Shown here piece after piece: positions 54,326 to 64,000 of a DNA stretch of 64,000 nt (positions are counted from its first letter, which is position 1; the number at the start of each line of letters is the position of its first letter). A program made the translations under genes and the position numbers. The stretch comes from an uncultured Prolixibacteraceae bacterium (lineage in GTDB: Bacteria > Bacteroidota > Bacteroidia > Bacteroidales > FEN-979): NCBI GenBank assembly GCA_964525995.1, contig CAZGIM010000001.1:250445-314444 (forward strand). Reading direction: 5' to 3'. The notes below the pieces were generated by a model. The model made no database searches. It was not told the DNA's origin and saw only the letters and a program-made list of their open reading frames with translations.

Positions 54326-56935
54326 TTAACGCAGTAGGGTCAGTGAACCATGAATATTCCTTTTGACTGTTCCATTGAGGGTCACTTCATATACGTCGCA
54401 CAGGACAAAATAGGTGCCGTCGCTACAGGATTGCCCGGTGGTCATATCCTTCCCGTCCCAGTTGATTTCGGGATCATGGGTTTTGAAAACCGCCTTCCCC
54501 CAACGGTCGTAGATGATGAGATCGATTTCGGCGACAGCGCTTTTATGAATGGGTTTGAAAAGATCATGGATGCCGTCGCCATTTGGCGTAAAGATATTGG
54601 GAAGCGCATAACCGGGACAGGCTGTGATGTCGATGCAGACCATTGGACTCATTTCACTCTTATTGCCAGCCGAATCAACTGCTGCAACGCCATAACATCC
54701 GATAATCGACTGGTAAGGGGCATGGATATAAGTTGTATCCTGGGGATGCAATAATGAATCAATCAGCGACAGATTCCCGGGTGTGGAGGAGTAGTAAATA
54801 TAATATTTGGCTATATCGGAAGGGCAGGTATCAGCCGGAACACTCCAGGAGAGCTGGTTTACTGCATCTTCGCAATTTGTGATGACGGTAAGAGCAGGAG
54901 GGCAGGGGGGGATGTCATCAACCGGAATTCCGCAGGTTTCCTGTGATTCGTTAATGATTGGAAATACAAACCCCGGCGCCGAATACCTTCCGACACTCCG
55001 GATCTGGTAACAATAACGTTCTCCGTTGATGAGATTTTTGTCCCAATAACCGTTTGACAGGCTTTGTCCGACGGAATCAAAGACAGGTGAGCCCGGGTCT
55101 TTTCTGAAAATGATAAACCGGTCGTTTATCCAAGGTACCTGGTTACTCCAGTTAAGTTTCATGGATTTATCGGTAGGGACTGCCTTTAAAAACATAGAGG
55201 CAGCCTGTTGAGAGGAGCCCAAAAGGAACCGGTTGCCTGGTGTTTCATTGAAGAAGTCGATACGGTAAAGGAAACCGAATGCAGCAGTATTGAGCTGATG
55301 GTCGTAGAACAGGGTGTCATTTAAGTCATTGGTCGAATCGATCCTGATAAATTCGCCTGGATTATCGGTACGGGCTCTGGCGATGACATATTTATAAGGT
55401 CCAGGAGCCTGCAGGGTATCTGTTTCGGTAGGTTTTGACCAGGCGGTATAAACTGAGCCGTCGGATTCGCCGGTAGTAGTTATGCTGACATTGGTAATAA
55501 CGGGGATATCCTTTTTGAGTGACGCGCAAGCCTCGTTTGAGGCGTAGCTTTCTGATTGATCAGCAAACATGGCAACAATAAGATAACAATAATTGATACC
55601 CCGCTGGAGTCCGGCTCCATGGTTATCGTCCAGGTACGTGGTCAGGGCGGAGCCATTCACGGTCGCGATTTTTGAATAACCCAGGTAGGCAGGTACACCG
55701 GTTTGGCAATATCCGGGCAGGTATCCTGTTGAATCGGCCTTGCGATAGATATCAAAACCGGTTGCATTCTGACAACGATAAGTATCCCAGTTCAGGGTGA
55801 TGGAATTCCCAAAAGGGATTGCTGAGAGATTTTCCGGAGGCGGTCCGATTACCAGAATATGGATGGTCTTCAGGGTCACAAGGTTCACCGGCTTGGCGTT
55901 GTCCTGTGCTTTAAAGAACATCTGATAGGGATTTTTTTTAATATGATCGCAATTGGTATTCCAGCGGAACAGAGCGAAGGTGTGTCCATATCCGGAAGCC
56001 GGGTTTGGTTCCATGACGGCCGGATTGTTGGTGAGAATCAGGGGACCGCCCGTGCCCGACAGGGTAACGGTATTACTGTCGGGGTCGTATGCCCTGACCG
56101 GAAACCTCAGATTTTTTCCTGCCTCCACGCAGGTATCGGCAACGTCATAGATCACCGGCGGACGGTTATTGCATGCCACGACGATTATTTGCATATCGCG
56201 GAGAACGCTGCCAATTTTGATCCCATTACGCCACTCCTCAATCAGGATGGCAATATTGTACTCGCCTTGTTTTTGCGGACTGTCCCATAAGAGATCGCCT
56301 GTCACCGGGTCAAGTGTAAGCTGATTGGAGGCTGGTGGATAGGTGTATCCCGGAATTACCTGTCCGCCGGCGCCCCGGCAGGGAACCAACCGGTATGAGA
56401 GGCTGTCGCCATCAGCGTCATATGCGCCGGGATTGTGATAGTAGGGCTGGTTTACGCAGCCATTATCAATGGGTGGCAGAAGCAGCACCGGCGAGTTGTT
56501 GTATCCTCCGATAAAGGGACTGATGGTCAATTCGGAATAGATAAACAGGGGTGTGTTCACAGAATTTGGAATATTCATGATTCCGCCGTTGCGGTTGGGA
56601 TCTTCACAGGAGATAATATAGGTTGAAGGCCCCGGGAAACTGTGCCGGCCGATATAAACATTGTAAGTGATATCGTTGGGCAGGTACTTGACAGTATCGC
56701 GGTGGATCTCGCTCACTTGTCCGTCGCCCCAGTCAATGGTTAGATATTCCCGGTAGGCATTGGCAGGGCTTGGAGTAAAAGTATAGGAAATCAGTTTGAT
56801 CTCATAGGTCAGATCTGAAATATGCCGGTAAATGATCTCTGCGGCTCTCTGATGGGTAGCGCATACCGCGAGGGGAGCCATCAGCAGAATGAAAAGTAGT
56901 AAAGCATCCGGTCGCAGGCCTTTTAGTTTCCGCAT
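54326..56935 (-). CDS. large secreted protein with T9SS type B (gliding-associated) C-terminal domain
   Basis: 869-aa ORF; signal peptide; multiple Ig-like modules; C-terminus [16 protein letters not shown]...[12 protein letters not shown]...WDGKD...DGTYFV. Confidence 0.8.
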   Translation of the reverse strand: MRKLKGLRPDALLLFILLMAPLAVCATHQRAAEIIYRHISDLTYEIKLISYTFTPSPANAYREYLTIDWGDGQVSEIHRDTVKYLPNDITYNVYIGRHSFPGPSTYIISCEDPNRNGGIMNIPNSVNTPLFIYSELTISPFIGGYNNSPVLLLPPIDNGCVNQPYYHNPGAYDADGDSLSYRLVPCRGAGGQVIPGYTYPPASNQLTLDPVTGDLLWDSPQKQGEYNIAILIEEWRNGIKIGSVLRDMQIIVVACNNRPPVIYDVADTCVEAGKNLRFPVRAYDPDSNTVTLSGTGGPLILTNNPAVMEPNPASGYGHTFALFRWNTNCDHIKKNPYQMFFKAQDNAKPVNLVTLKTIHILVIGPPPENLSAIPFGNSITLNWDTYRCQNATGFDIYRKADSTGYLPGYCQTGVPAYLGYSKIATVNGSALTTYLDDNHGAGLQRGINYCYLIVAMFADQSESYASNEACASLKKDIPVITNVSITTTGESDGSVYTAWSKPTETDTLQAPGPYKYVIARARTDNPGEFIRIDSTNDLNDTLFYDHQLNTAAFGFLYRIDFFNETPGNRFLLGSSQQAASMFLKAVPTDKSMKLNWSNQVPWINDRFIIFRKDPGSPVFDSVGQSLSNGYWDKNLINGERYCYQIRSVGRYSAPGFVFPIINESQETCGIPVDDIPPCPPALTVITNCEDAVNQLSWSVPADTCPSDIAKYYIYYSSTPGNLSLIDSLLHPQDTTYIHAPYQSIIGCYGVAAVDSAGNKSEMSPMVCIDITACPGYALPNIFTPNGDGIHDLFKPIHKSAVAEIDLIIYDRWGKAVFKTHDPEINWDGKDMTTGQSCSDGTYFVLCDVYEVTLNGTVKRNIHGSLTLLR

Positions 56936-57083
56936 GAGAGAGTCGGGGATGTAGTTGTCTCGTCAAAAGTAATAATTTTCCGCTTGTCAGGTTCAGATAC
57001 CAGTTTCAATAATTTTCAGGGGTGTAATTTGTTTTCTTTGATTTTCTGATGACCCAAGAGGTTGATGGGTATGCTATTTCTCA

Positions 57084-57091
57084 TAACTTTG
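57084..57091 (+). promoter_or_regulatory. candidate -7 box (TAACTTTG) for the RelA/SpoT gene
   Basis: exact TAnnTTTG match ending 24 nt upstream of ATG 57116; partial -33 (GTTG 57061..57064) with a 19-nt spacer. Confidence 0.45.
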
Positions 57092-57115
57092 CATCGTATT
57101 GTAACTGTGCCGGAA

Positions 57116-59344
57116 ATGTACCTGCCCGATGTCGAAGTTGAGAAGAGTGAGATCATCAAGCGCTACAGAAACCTTCTCAGAGTTTGGAAACCAAGAACCC
57201 CCGCTGATCGGATCAGTGTAAAAAAAGCGTTCAAAATGGCTCTTGAGGCGCATAAAGATATGCGCCGGAAGAGTGGCGAGCCGTATATCTATCATCCCCT
57301 GAGTGTGGCCACCATTGCGGCGGGTGAAATAGGGCTGGGAACCACTTCAGTGATCTGTGCCTTGTTGCACGATGTGGTGGAAGATACCGAATATACCATC
57401 GAGGATATCAGGGGTTTGTTTGGCGACAAAGTTGCAGCCATCATCGACGGGTTGACCAAGATTAAGGGGATTTTTGATCAGAAATCGGTTTACATTGGCG
57501 CCGAGAATTTTAAAAAGATACTCCTGACCCTGTCTGACGATGTAAGGGTCATCTTGATCAAGTTAGCCGACCGGTTGCATAATATGCGTACACTGGATGC
57601 CTTGTCACATGAAAAAAGACTGAAGATATCCTCCGAGACGACTTATCTTTATGCACCGTTGGCACACAGGTTAGGGTTGCATGCAATCAAGAGCGAATTA
57701 GAGGATCTCGCGCTGAAATATACGGAACCGGAGGTTTATGAGACCATATCCCGGAAGCTTAAAGAGACTGCCAGAGGACGTTCGCGTTTTGTCAACAAAT
57801 TCATCTATCCCATCAAGAAGGCGCTGACCCAGCAGGGATTCAAATACACCATCCAGGCGCGGGAGAAGTCGATTGCGGCAATCTGGCTGAAGATGCAGAA
57901 AAAAGAGGTGCCATTCGATGAGGTGTACGATATTTTTGCTATCCGTATCGTCATCGATTCGCCGATGGAGTCTGAGAAATCGGACTGCTGGAAAGTTTAT
58001 TCAGCCATCACGGATTTTTACCGTCCGAACATGGATCGGTTGCGCGACTGGATTTCCATTCCTAAAGCCAATGGATATGAAGCATTGCATACCACAGTGA
58101 TGAGCCACACCGGTCAGTGGGTCGAGATTCAGATTCGTTCAAAACGAATGGATGAAGTAGCCGAGAAAGGTTATGCCGCTCATTGGAAATACAAGGAGTC
58201 GATGCATCTGAACAGCCGGCTCGATAATTGGCTGGACCGTATCAAGGAGATGATTGAGAGTCCGGACTCGGATGCCCTTTCATTCATCGACGATGTTAAG
58301 GGTTATTTTTTCCTTGAGGAGATATCTGTTTTTACACCTCAGGGAGAGCTGCGAACACTGCCGGCCAATTCGACGGTTCTCGATTTTGCTTACGCCATTC
58401 ACAGCGAGTTAGGTGATACCTGTATCGGTGCAAAAATTGATAAAAAGCTTGCCCCGATTCATCAGAAACTAAAGAACGGTCAACAGGTGGAGATCATCAC
58501 TTCGAGAAAACAATCGCCTAAAGAGGAATGGCTGTCGTACGTTGTTACCACCCGGGCGAAGACCAATATTAAACTTGCCGTTAGAGAGGAGAAGAAGAAA
58601 TTTGCGAAGATGGGTAAGGAGAAGTTATCCAGGTGGTTTCTTCAGATCGGTATTGAAGTCACGAATAAGAACATAAGGAAATTTCAGGCTTCGATGAATT
58701 TCAACAGCTTTGTTGACCTTTACTTTGCGGCTTACCAGGATAAGATCGGGTTTAAGGACGTTAAAATCTTCAAAACGGCTAATTATGTAACCGGTTGGGA
58801 AGGAAAGCCTTCGGAGCGGGTTTCGGGAGCAACAACAGAAAATTTAGCCGGCCCGGGTCGTCTTGGGAAAGCGCCGGCGCCACAGGAAACTCCGATTAGG
58901 ATTGAGGCGCAGGATGATCAGATCAGGTTTGAGGTGGCTGATTGCTGTAATCCGATACCCGGCGATAAGGTGATCGGATTGATGAGCACACCGGAGAGCC
59001 CATTGGTTCTTCATCGGACCAATTGTTCGAGGGTACAGGAGCTTATTACTGTTTTCAACCAAAAAATGGTCAGCATCAACTGGACAAACCGTGAGTCGAT
59101 CACGTTTCTTGCCGAGATAAAACTAATCGGACTTGATAAGGTTGGGCTTATCAATGAAATCACCAAAATCATGTCGAATGAATTAAATCTAAACATTAAA
59201 TCGTTGCATATCGAGGCTGTAAACGGATTGACCGAGGGGACCATCTCATTTTACGTTCAAAATACCTCCAATATCTATGATGCAATGAATAAAATTGTTC
59301 AGATCGATGGCATTACGAATGTGGCAAGAATACATAAAATATGA
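57116..59344 (+). CDS. bifunctional (p)ppGpp synthetase/hydrolase, RelA/SpoT family
   Basis: ORF 57062..59344; start set to ATG 57116; HD hydrolase motif LLHDVVEDT, synthetase region YDIFAIRIV...GYEALHTTV, TGS (FTPQGELRTLPANSTVLDFAY) and C-terminal ACT-like domain. Confidence 0.9.
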   Translation: MYLPDVEVEKSEIIKRYRNLLRVWKPRTPADRISVKKAFKMALEAHKDMRRKSGEPYIYHPLSVATIAAGEIGLGTTSVICALLHDVVEDTEYTIEDIRGLFGDKVAAIIDGLTKIKGIFDQKSVYIGAENFKKILLTLSDDVRVILIKLADRLHNMRTLDALSHEKRLKISSETTYLYAPLAHRLGLHAIKSELEDLALKYTEPEVYETISRKLKETARGRSRFVNKFIYPIKKALTQQGFKYTIQAREKSIAAIWLKMQKKEVPFDEVYDIFAIRIVIDSPMESEKSDCWKVYSAITDFYRPNMDRLRDWISIPKANGYEALHTTVMSHTGQWVEIQIRSKRMDEVAEKGYAAHWKYKESMHLNSRLDNWLDRIKEMIESPDSDALSFIDDVKGYFFLEEISVFTPQGELRTLPANSTVLDFAYAIHSELGDTCIGAKIDKKLAPIHQKLKNGQQVEIITSRKQSPKEEWLSYVVTTRAKTNIKLAVREEKKKFAKMGKEKLSRWFLQIGIEVTNKNIRKFQASMNFNSFVDLYFAAYQDKIGFKDVKIFKTANYVTGWEGKPSERVSGATTENLAGPGRLGKAPAPQETPIRIEAQDDQIRFEVADCCNPIPGDKVIGLMSTPESPLVLHRTNCSRVQELITVFNQKMVSINWTNRESITFLAEIKLIGLDKVGLINEITKIMSNELNLNIKSLHIEAVNGLTEGTISFYVQNTSNIYDAMNKIVQIDGITNVARIHKI

Positions 59345-59372
59345 AAAATTTATTTTTATTTGTTCTAAATAC

Positions 59373-59394
59373 TGATAAATTTGTAATTTTATCA
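59373..59394 (+). promoter_or_regulatory. TGATAAA-N8-TTTATCA palindrome overlapping a TAAATTTG -7 box (candidate Fur operator)
   Basis: perfect 7-bp inverted repeat; -7 box at 59376..59383; 13 nt upstream of the fur ATG. Confidence 0.45.
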
Positions 59395-59407
59395 CAAAAT
59401 TGAGGAT

Positions 59408-59860
59408 ATGATTAAGAAGCAATCAGATGATGTCATTGACAATATCCGTAAGATTTTTACGGAGTACCTTGAACGTCATGGGCATCGTAAGACTCCCGAG
59501 CGTTATACCATTTTAAATGAGATTTTCGCAACAGAGGGACATTTCGATATTGAGACCCTGTATATCAGGATGAAAAATCACAAATACCGGGTTAGCAGAG
59601 CGACATTGTACAATACAATTGAGTTACTCCTTGATTGCGGTCTGGTCACGAAGCATCAGTTCGGAACCAACTATGCTCAGTTTGAGAAATCGACGCTTCT
59701 CAGGCAGCATGATCATTTTATTTTCGACGATTCAGGTGAGGTTCTTGAATTTTTTGATCCTGCCATTGAAAATATTAAAGCCAGCGTAGAGAAACAGTTT
59801 GGAGTCAGGATCACCCATTATGCCCTGACTTTTTATGGTCATTCGATATCCAAGAAATAG
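59408..59860 (+). CDS. fur: Fur-family transcriptional regulator
   Basis: 150-aa ORF; winged-helix part [26 protein letters not shown]...[20 protein letters not shown]; fur-purA adjacency is common in Bacteroidota. Confidence 0.8.
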   Translation: MIKKQSDDVIDNIRKIFTEYLERHGHRKTPERYTILNEIFATEGHFDIETLYIRMKNHKYRVSRATLYNTIELLLDCGLVTKHQFGTNYAQFEKSTLLRQHDHFIFDDSGEVLEFFDPAIENIKASVEKQFGVRITHYALTFYGHSISKK

Positions 59861-59868
59861 CGCCTGAC

Positions 59869-61176
59869 ATGAAGATTGATGTGATTTTAGGGCTTCAATG
59901 GGGAGATGAAGGTAAAGGAAAAATCGTTGATGTTTTAACGCCCCGTTACGATATTATTGCCCGCTTTCAGGGAGGACCCAATGCTGGCCATACAATTATT
60001 ATTGATGGTGTCAAGCATGTTTTACACACCATACCTTCCGGAATATTCCGGTCTGATAAAGCCAATGTCATCGGAAATGGTGTGATCATTGATCCGTATA
60101 TTTTGTTCAGGGAGATTGACGCGTTACATCAGTCTGGTCTGACGCCTGAAGACAACCTTTTTATCGCTGAGCGTGCCCACCTGATCCTTCCAACCCATCG
60201 GCTTCTCGATGCGGCTTTGGAGTGGCAGAAAGGGGCAACCCGGATTGGATCGACATTAAAAGGAATCGGTCCGACCTATTCCGATAAATATGGCAGAATC
60301 GGTTTAAGGGTGGGGAATATTTTTCAGAGCAGGTTTGAAATGCAATATAAAAGTCTGAGAGACCGGCATTTAGAGCAGATTGAAGCAACCGGATTTGATT
60401 TCTCCGACCATTTGCTCGACGGATTGCGTTATGTTGAATATGAGGAGCGCTGGTTTGAATCGGTCCAAAGGCTTCGCAAACTTCATGTCATCTGCGGCGA
60501 GCAGTTTATCAATGATAGTCTTGACAAGGGCAAAACGGTTCTTGCTGAAGGCGCTCAAGGCACAATGCTTGATGTTGACTTTGGATCTTATCCCTTTGTA
60601 ACCAGTTCCAATACGATTACTGCAGGAGTGTGTTCGGGTTTAGGCGTTTCGCCTCACCGGATCGGATTGGTTTACGGAGTTTTCAAGGCTTATTGCACCC
60701 GGGTTGGCAGTGGTCCTTTCCCCACTGAGTTGCAGGATGAAATGGGCGATCGGCTACGGGTGGGTGGAAATGAATTTGGCTCAACAACCGGGAGGCCCAG
60801 GCGGTGCGGATGGATTGATATTCCGGCCCTCAGGTATTCAATCATGCTGAATGGGGTTGACCGGCTGATCATGATGAAGACGGATGTGCTCAGCCCGTTT
60901 CAGGAAATCCAAGCTTGCATTGCTTACCGGAAAGACGGGTTGGAACCTGGTCACTTTCCTTTTGATCTTGAGGCAGAATCTTTCGAACCGCTCTATATCA
61001 CGCTTAAGGGTTGGAATACAACATTGGATTCAACGGCCTCATTTGAAGAGGTCCCCCGAGAATTGGCTGAATACGTACGGTTTATTGAACAGGAGGTCAA
61101 CTTGCCTGTTGACATGATCTCCATGGGCCCCGACCGCTCACAAATTCTTGTGCGGAATACGGATAAGAAAAATTGA
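59869..61176 (+). CDS. purA: adenylosuccinate synthase
   Basis: 435-aa ORF; GLQWGDEGKGKIVD P-loop, GPNAGHT, GTTGRGIGP-like STLKGIGPTY, TTGRPRRCGW. Confidence 0.95.
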   Translation: MKIDVILGLQWGDEGKGKIVDVLTPRYDIIARFQGGPNAGHTIIIDGVKHVLHTIPSGIFRSDKANVIGNGVIIDPYILFREIDALHQSGLTPEDNLFIAERAHLILPTHRLLDAALEWQKGATRIGSTLKGIGPTYSDKYGRIGLRVGNIFQSRFEMQYKSLRDRHLEQIEATGFDFSDHLLDGLRYVEYEERWFESVQRLRKLHVICGEQFINDSLDKGKTVLAEGAQGTMLDVDFGSYPFVTSSNTITAGVCSGLGVSPHRIGLVYGVFKAYCTRVGSGPFPTELQDEMGDRLRVGGNEFGSTTGRPRRCGWIDIPALRYSIMLNGVDRLIMMKTDVLSPFQEIQACIAYRKDGLEPGHFPFDLEAESFEPLYITLKGWNTTLDSTASFEEVPRELAEYVRFIEQEVNLPVDMISMGPDRSQILVRNTDKKN

Positions 61177-61200
61177 ATGATTTAAACCGACCAGCGAAGA

Positions 61201-64000
61201 TTAAAGCTTTCTCTTTATTTCAATTTGCTCATAACCCTCAATGATGTCACCAACCTTGATATCATTGTAATTCTCGATATTCAGTCCGCATTCATAGCCC
61301 GACGACACCTCCTTGACATCGTCTTTGAATCGTTTGAGCGATCCCAGTAGTCCGGTATAAACAACGATCCCGTCGCGTATCACCCGGATTTTGGTGTTAC
61401 GTGTAACCTTCCCGTCGAGTACCATACATCCCGCGACCGAGCCTACCTTGGTGATCTTAAACACTTCGCGAACCTCGATGTTGCAGATAATTTTTTCTTC
61501 GATCTCAGGTGAAAGCATACCCTCGATGGCTGCTTTGATCTCTTCAATAGCCTGATAAATGATGGAGTACAACCGGATATCGATCTGTTCAGCTTCTGCC
61601 AGTTTGCGTGCGCTCATGGAGGGTCGAACCTGGAATCCAACGATGACCGCGTTGGAAGCTGAGGCAAGCAGTACGTCCGATTCGGTTATGGCGCCCACCG
61701 ATTTGTGGATGACGTTAACCATAACCTCCTGGGTGGAAAGTTTGAGCAGCGAATCGGAGAGGGCTTCAACCGATCCGTCAACATCACCTTTGACAATGAT
61801 ATTCAGCTCTTTGAAATCGCCGATAGCGATTCGGCGACCGATTTCGTCGAGGGTGATGTGTTTTTGGGTTCGCAGTCCCTGTTCCCTTTGAAGTTGCAAA
61901 CGTTTGGTAGCAATTGCCTTGGATTCTTTCTCATCGGTCATCACATTGAATCCGTCGCCTGCCTGAGGAGCGCCGTTCAAGCCTAACATCAGGATGGGCT
62001 GAGATGGACCTGCCTGACGGATCGGGATATTTCGCTCATTGTACATGGCTTTAACTTTGCCGAACGTTGCACCGGCAAGGACGATATCGCCGATATCCAG
62101 GCTTCCGTTAAGAACGAGGAGTTTGGCAACATAACCCCGTCCTTTATCAAGAGAGGATTCGATGACAGTACCTGTAGCCAATCTGGAAGGATTGGCTTTA
62201 AGGCTGAGGATTTCAGCCTCCAACAATACTTTTTCAAGAAGGAGATCGACATTGGTTCCTGTTTTTGCCGAGATCTCCTGGGTTTGGTATTTACCGCCCC
62301 ATTCCTCGACAAGGATGTTCATTTTCGAAAGTTCTTCACGGAGCTTTTCAGCATTAGCGTTCGGCTTATCCATCTTATTAAAGGCAAACACAATCGGAAC
62401 GCCTGCTGCCAAGGCATGGTTGATGGCTTCGCGGGTTTGCGGCATCACATTTTCATCGGCAGCGATCACAATAATGGCAACGTCGGTCACGCTGGCCCCA
62501 CGAGCACGCATGGCCGTGAAAGCTTCGTGGCCCGGGGTATCGAGAAAGGTGATCTTTTTGCCATTTTCGAGCTGTACTTCATATGCTCCGATGTGTTGGG
62601 TGATTCCCCCAGCTTCTCCGGCGACTACATTGGTGCTGCGGATGAAGTCGAGCAATTTCGTCTTCCCGTGATCAACATGGCCCATGACTGTAACAATGGG
62701 TGGCCGTTCCTTCAAGTCTTCAGGATTGTCAGGCTCATTCTGTTTGATAGCTTCCTGTACTTCGACGCTGACAAATTCGACTTTATAGCCAAATTCTTCT
62801 GCAACCAGTGTTAGTGTTTCTGCATCCAGTCGTTGGTTGATCGACACGAACATACCGAGCGCCATGCAGGTCGATATTACATCTGTAACCGGTATATTCA
62901 GCATCGATGCAAGTTCATTGGCGGTGACGAACTCGGTCACTTTGATCACATGACGTCCTTCTTCCATCCGTTCCATCTCTTCATGAAGTTGCTGACTGGC
63001 TGCTTCGCGTTTTGCCTTACGGTATTTGGATGCTTTTGATTTTCCGGTCGGACTGAGGCGGGCTAGCGTTTCTTTGATTTGTTTTTCAATATCCTCGGTA
63101 GTAACCTCCGGTTTTTGGATCTCCTTGTGATATTTTTTATCCTTGGCCGAGGGAGTCCGTTGCGTATAAACATGTTGGGCGTCCTGATCAGCGGGAACAC
63201 CTTCTTCGCCCTGTCTTTTTATTCTTTTCCGTTTCTTTTTCTTCGATTTGATTGTCTCATCAGAAGAGGATGCAACGGGCTGGGGCTTTTTCTTCTCGAA
63301 CTTTTTCGGCTCGGGCAAGACGATGGATCCCAGGATCGTTGGTCCTTCGAGTTTAATGCGTTCAGTAGGAATAAAGTTTGCCTCCTGAACGGCTTCCGGT
63401 GGTACAGGAGCCTCGGCAGGAGGTGACACTGTTTCATCCAGTGAAATGGCAGGCTCCTGAGGCGGTTCGACAGGAGCAATAGGTTCTGAAGCAGGCAGTT
63501 CTTCCTGTACGGCTTCTTTCTCCGCTACTTGTTCCCGTTTGGCTTTTGCTGCAGATTTTTTGGTGGGTTTCTTTTCAAATGCGCCCAGGTCGATCTTCCC
63601 TAAAATTTTAATATCGCCCTGTTGCTTTACTTCCGCACTTGGTTCTATGATTTCCTCTTCTGCCGGTTCTGGTTCGGATGGCAGGGGTTCTTTTGCGGAT
63701 TCGGGTTTCGCTTTGTGTCTTTCTTTGGTCTTGTGCTCTTTAACTTCTTCTGTTTCCGCTACTGGTTCAATTTGAGGAGCAGAAACCTTTTTCTCTTCAA
63801 TGATGGGTTTCGGTTCGGGTTCAACCGAAGGTTCCTTGGGAACCTTCACCGGAACAGGTTCCGGAATCGGGGGCTCGGTCTTTTTCTCTTCTTTTGGCTG
63901 TTCCTTAACAAGCGTTTCCTTCAGTTTTTTCGTGATATCCGCCTGCTTCTTCTCGAACTCAATCGAAACATTTTTAATAAACAGCTCATCAAGTTCTTTT
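61201..64000 (-). CDS. infB: translation initiation factor IF-2 (5' end beyond the window)
   Basis: ORF 61201..63849 is reported from a GTG, but the frame stays open to position 63999 ([19 protein letters not shown]...); G domain [26 protein letters not shown]; Pro/Glu/Lys-rich N-terminal region. Confidence 0.9.
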   Translation of the reverse strand, partial: KELDELFIKNVSIEFEKKQADITKKLKETLVKEQPKEEKKTEPPIPEPVPVKVPKEPSVEPEPKPIIEEKKVSAPQIEPVAETEEVKEHKTKERHKAKPESAKEPLPSEPEPAEEEIIEPSAEVKQQGDIKILGKIDLGAFEKKPTKKSAAKAKREQVAEKEAVQEELPASEPIAPVEPPQEPAISLDETVSPPAEAPVPPEAVQEANFIPTERIKLEGPTILGSIVLPEPKKFEKKKPQPVASSSDETIKSKKKKRKRIKRQGEEGVPADQDAQHVYTQRTPSAKDKKYHKEIQKPEVTTEDIEKQIKETLARLSPTGKSKASKYRKAKREAASQQLHEEMERMEEGRHVIKVTEFVTANELASMLNIPVTDVISTCMALGMFVSINQRLDAETLTLVAEEFGYKVEFVSVEVQEAIKQNEPDNPEDLKERPPIVTVMGHVDHGKTKLLDFIRSTNVVAGEAGGITQHIGAYEVQLENGKKITFLDTPGHEAFTAMRARGASVTDVAIIVIAADENVMPQTREAINHALAAGVPIVFAFNKMDKPNANAEKLREELSKMNILVEEWGGKYQTQEISAKTGTNVDLLLEKVLLEAEILSLKANPSRLATGTVIESSLDKGRGYVAKLLVLNGSLDIGDIVLAGATFGKVKAMYNERNIPIRQAGPSQPILMLGLNGAPQAGDGFNVMTDEKESKAIATKRLQLQREQGLRTQKHITLDEIGRRIAIGDFKELNIIVKGDVDGSVEALSDSLLKLSTQEVMVNVIHKSVGAITESDVLLASASNAVIVGFQVRPSMSARKLAEAEQIDIRLYSIIYQAIEEIKAAIEGMLSPEIEEKIICNIEVREVFKITKVGSVAGCMVLDGKVTRNTKIRVIRDGIVVYTGLLGSLKRFKDDVKEVSSGYECGLNIENYNDIKVGDIIEGYEQIEIKRKL

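Noticed and set aside
61559-63775. Long alternative-frame ORFs (up to 176 aa) within infB, and its Pro/Glu/Lys low-complexity N-terminal region
   Set aside because: The IF-2 frame is unambiguous (G domain motifs). Low-complexity N-terminal regions are normal for IF-2.

Overview
Bacteroidota-type chromosomal segment, judged from TAnnTTTG -7 promoter boxes, gliding/T9SS genes and mostly SD-less starts. Left third: an SSF symporter, folC, anmK and murF, then a T9SS core block (gldJ, a porP/sprF-like gene, porU, a second divergent porU paralogue, porV). This is followed by ispF, a large GT-C-like membrane protein, rpsF-rpsR-rplI, a TrmH-family methyltransferase, the DUF5103 T9SS plug protein, three repeat-built surface/cargo proteins and an Omp85 protein. 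Centre (31326..43108): an ~11.7-kb island, AT-richer by eye, inserted in the 3' half of tRNA-Val(UAC) and bounded by a perfect 47-bp direct repeat. The island carries a tyrosine integrase, a primase/SF3-helicase-like gene, three small Xis-like HTH genes, a winged-helix gene and a dense iteron array (putative origin). Its orphan cargo includes an exported HNH nuclease with an exported partner, a permuted/truncated DNA-methyltransferase-like ORF, a ParB/KorB-like fragment and a DUF3825-like gene. I see no relaxase, capsid or conjugation genes, so it is either an NBU-like mobilisable element lacking Mob or a phage-satellite-like element, and this is the most interesting part of the window. Right third is housekeeping: a CoA-binding protein, a DMT protein, a PlsC-like acyltransferase, dnaX (with an in-frame A_AAA_AAG heptamer), a deacetylase plus FemAB-like pair, a MacB-like permease, a RecD-like helicase, an OMP, lepA, a type-B T9SS cargo protein, RelA/SpoT, fur (with a candidate autoregulatory palindrome), purA and a 5'-truncated infB. 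No rRNA, CRISPR array or IS element was seen. All functional calls come from motif recognition by eye, without database searches.
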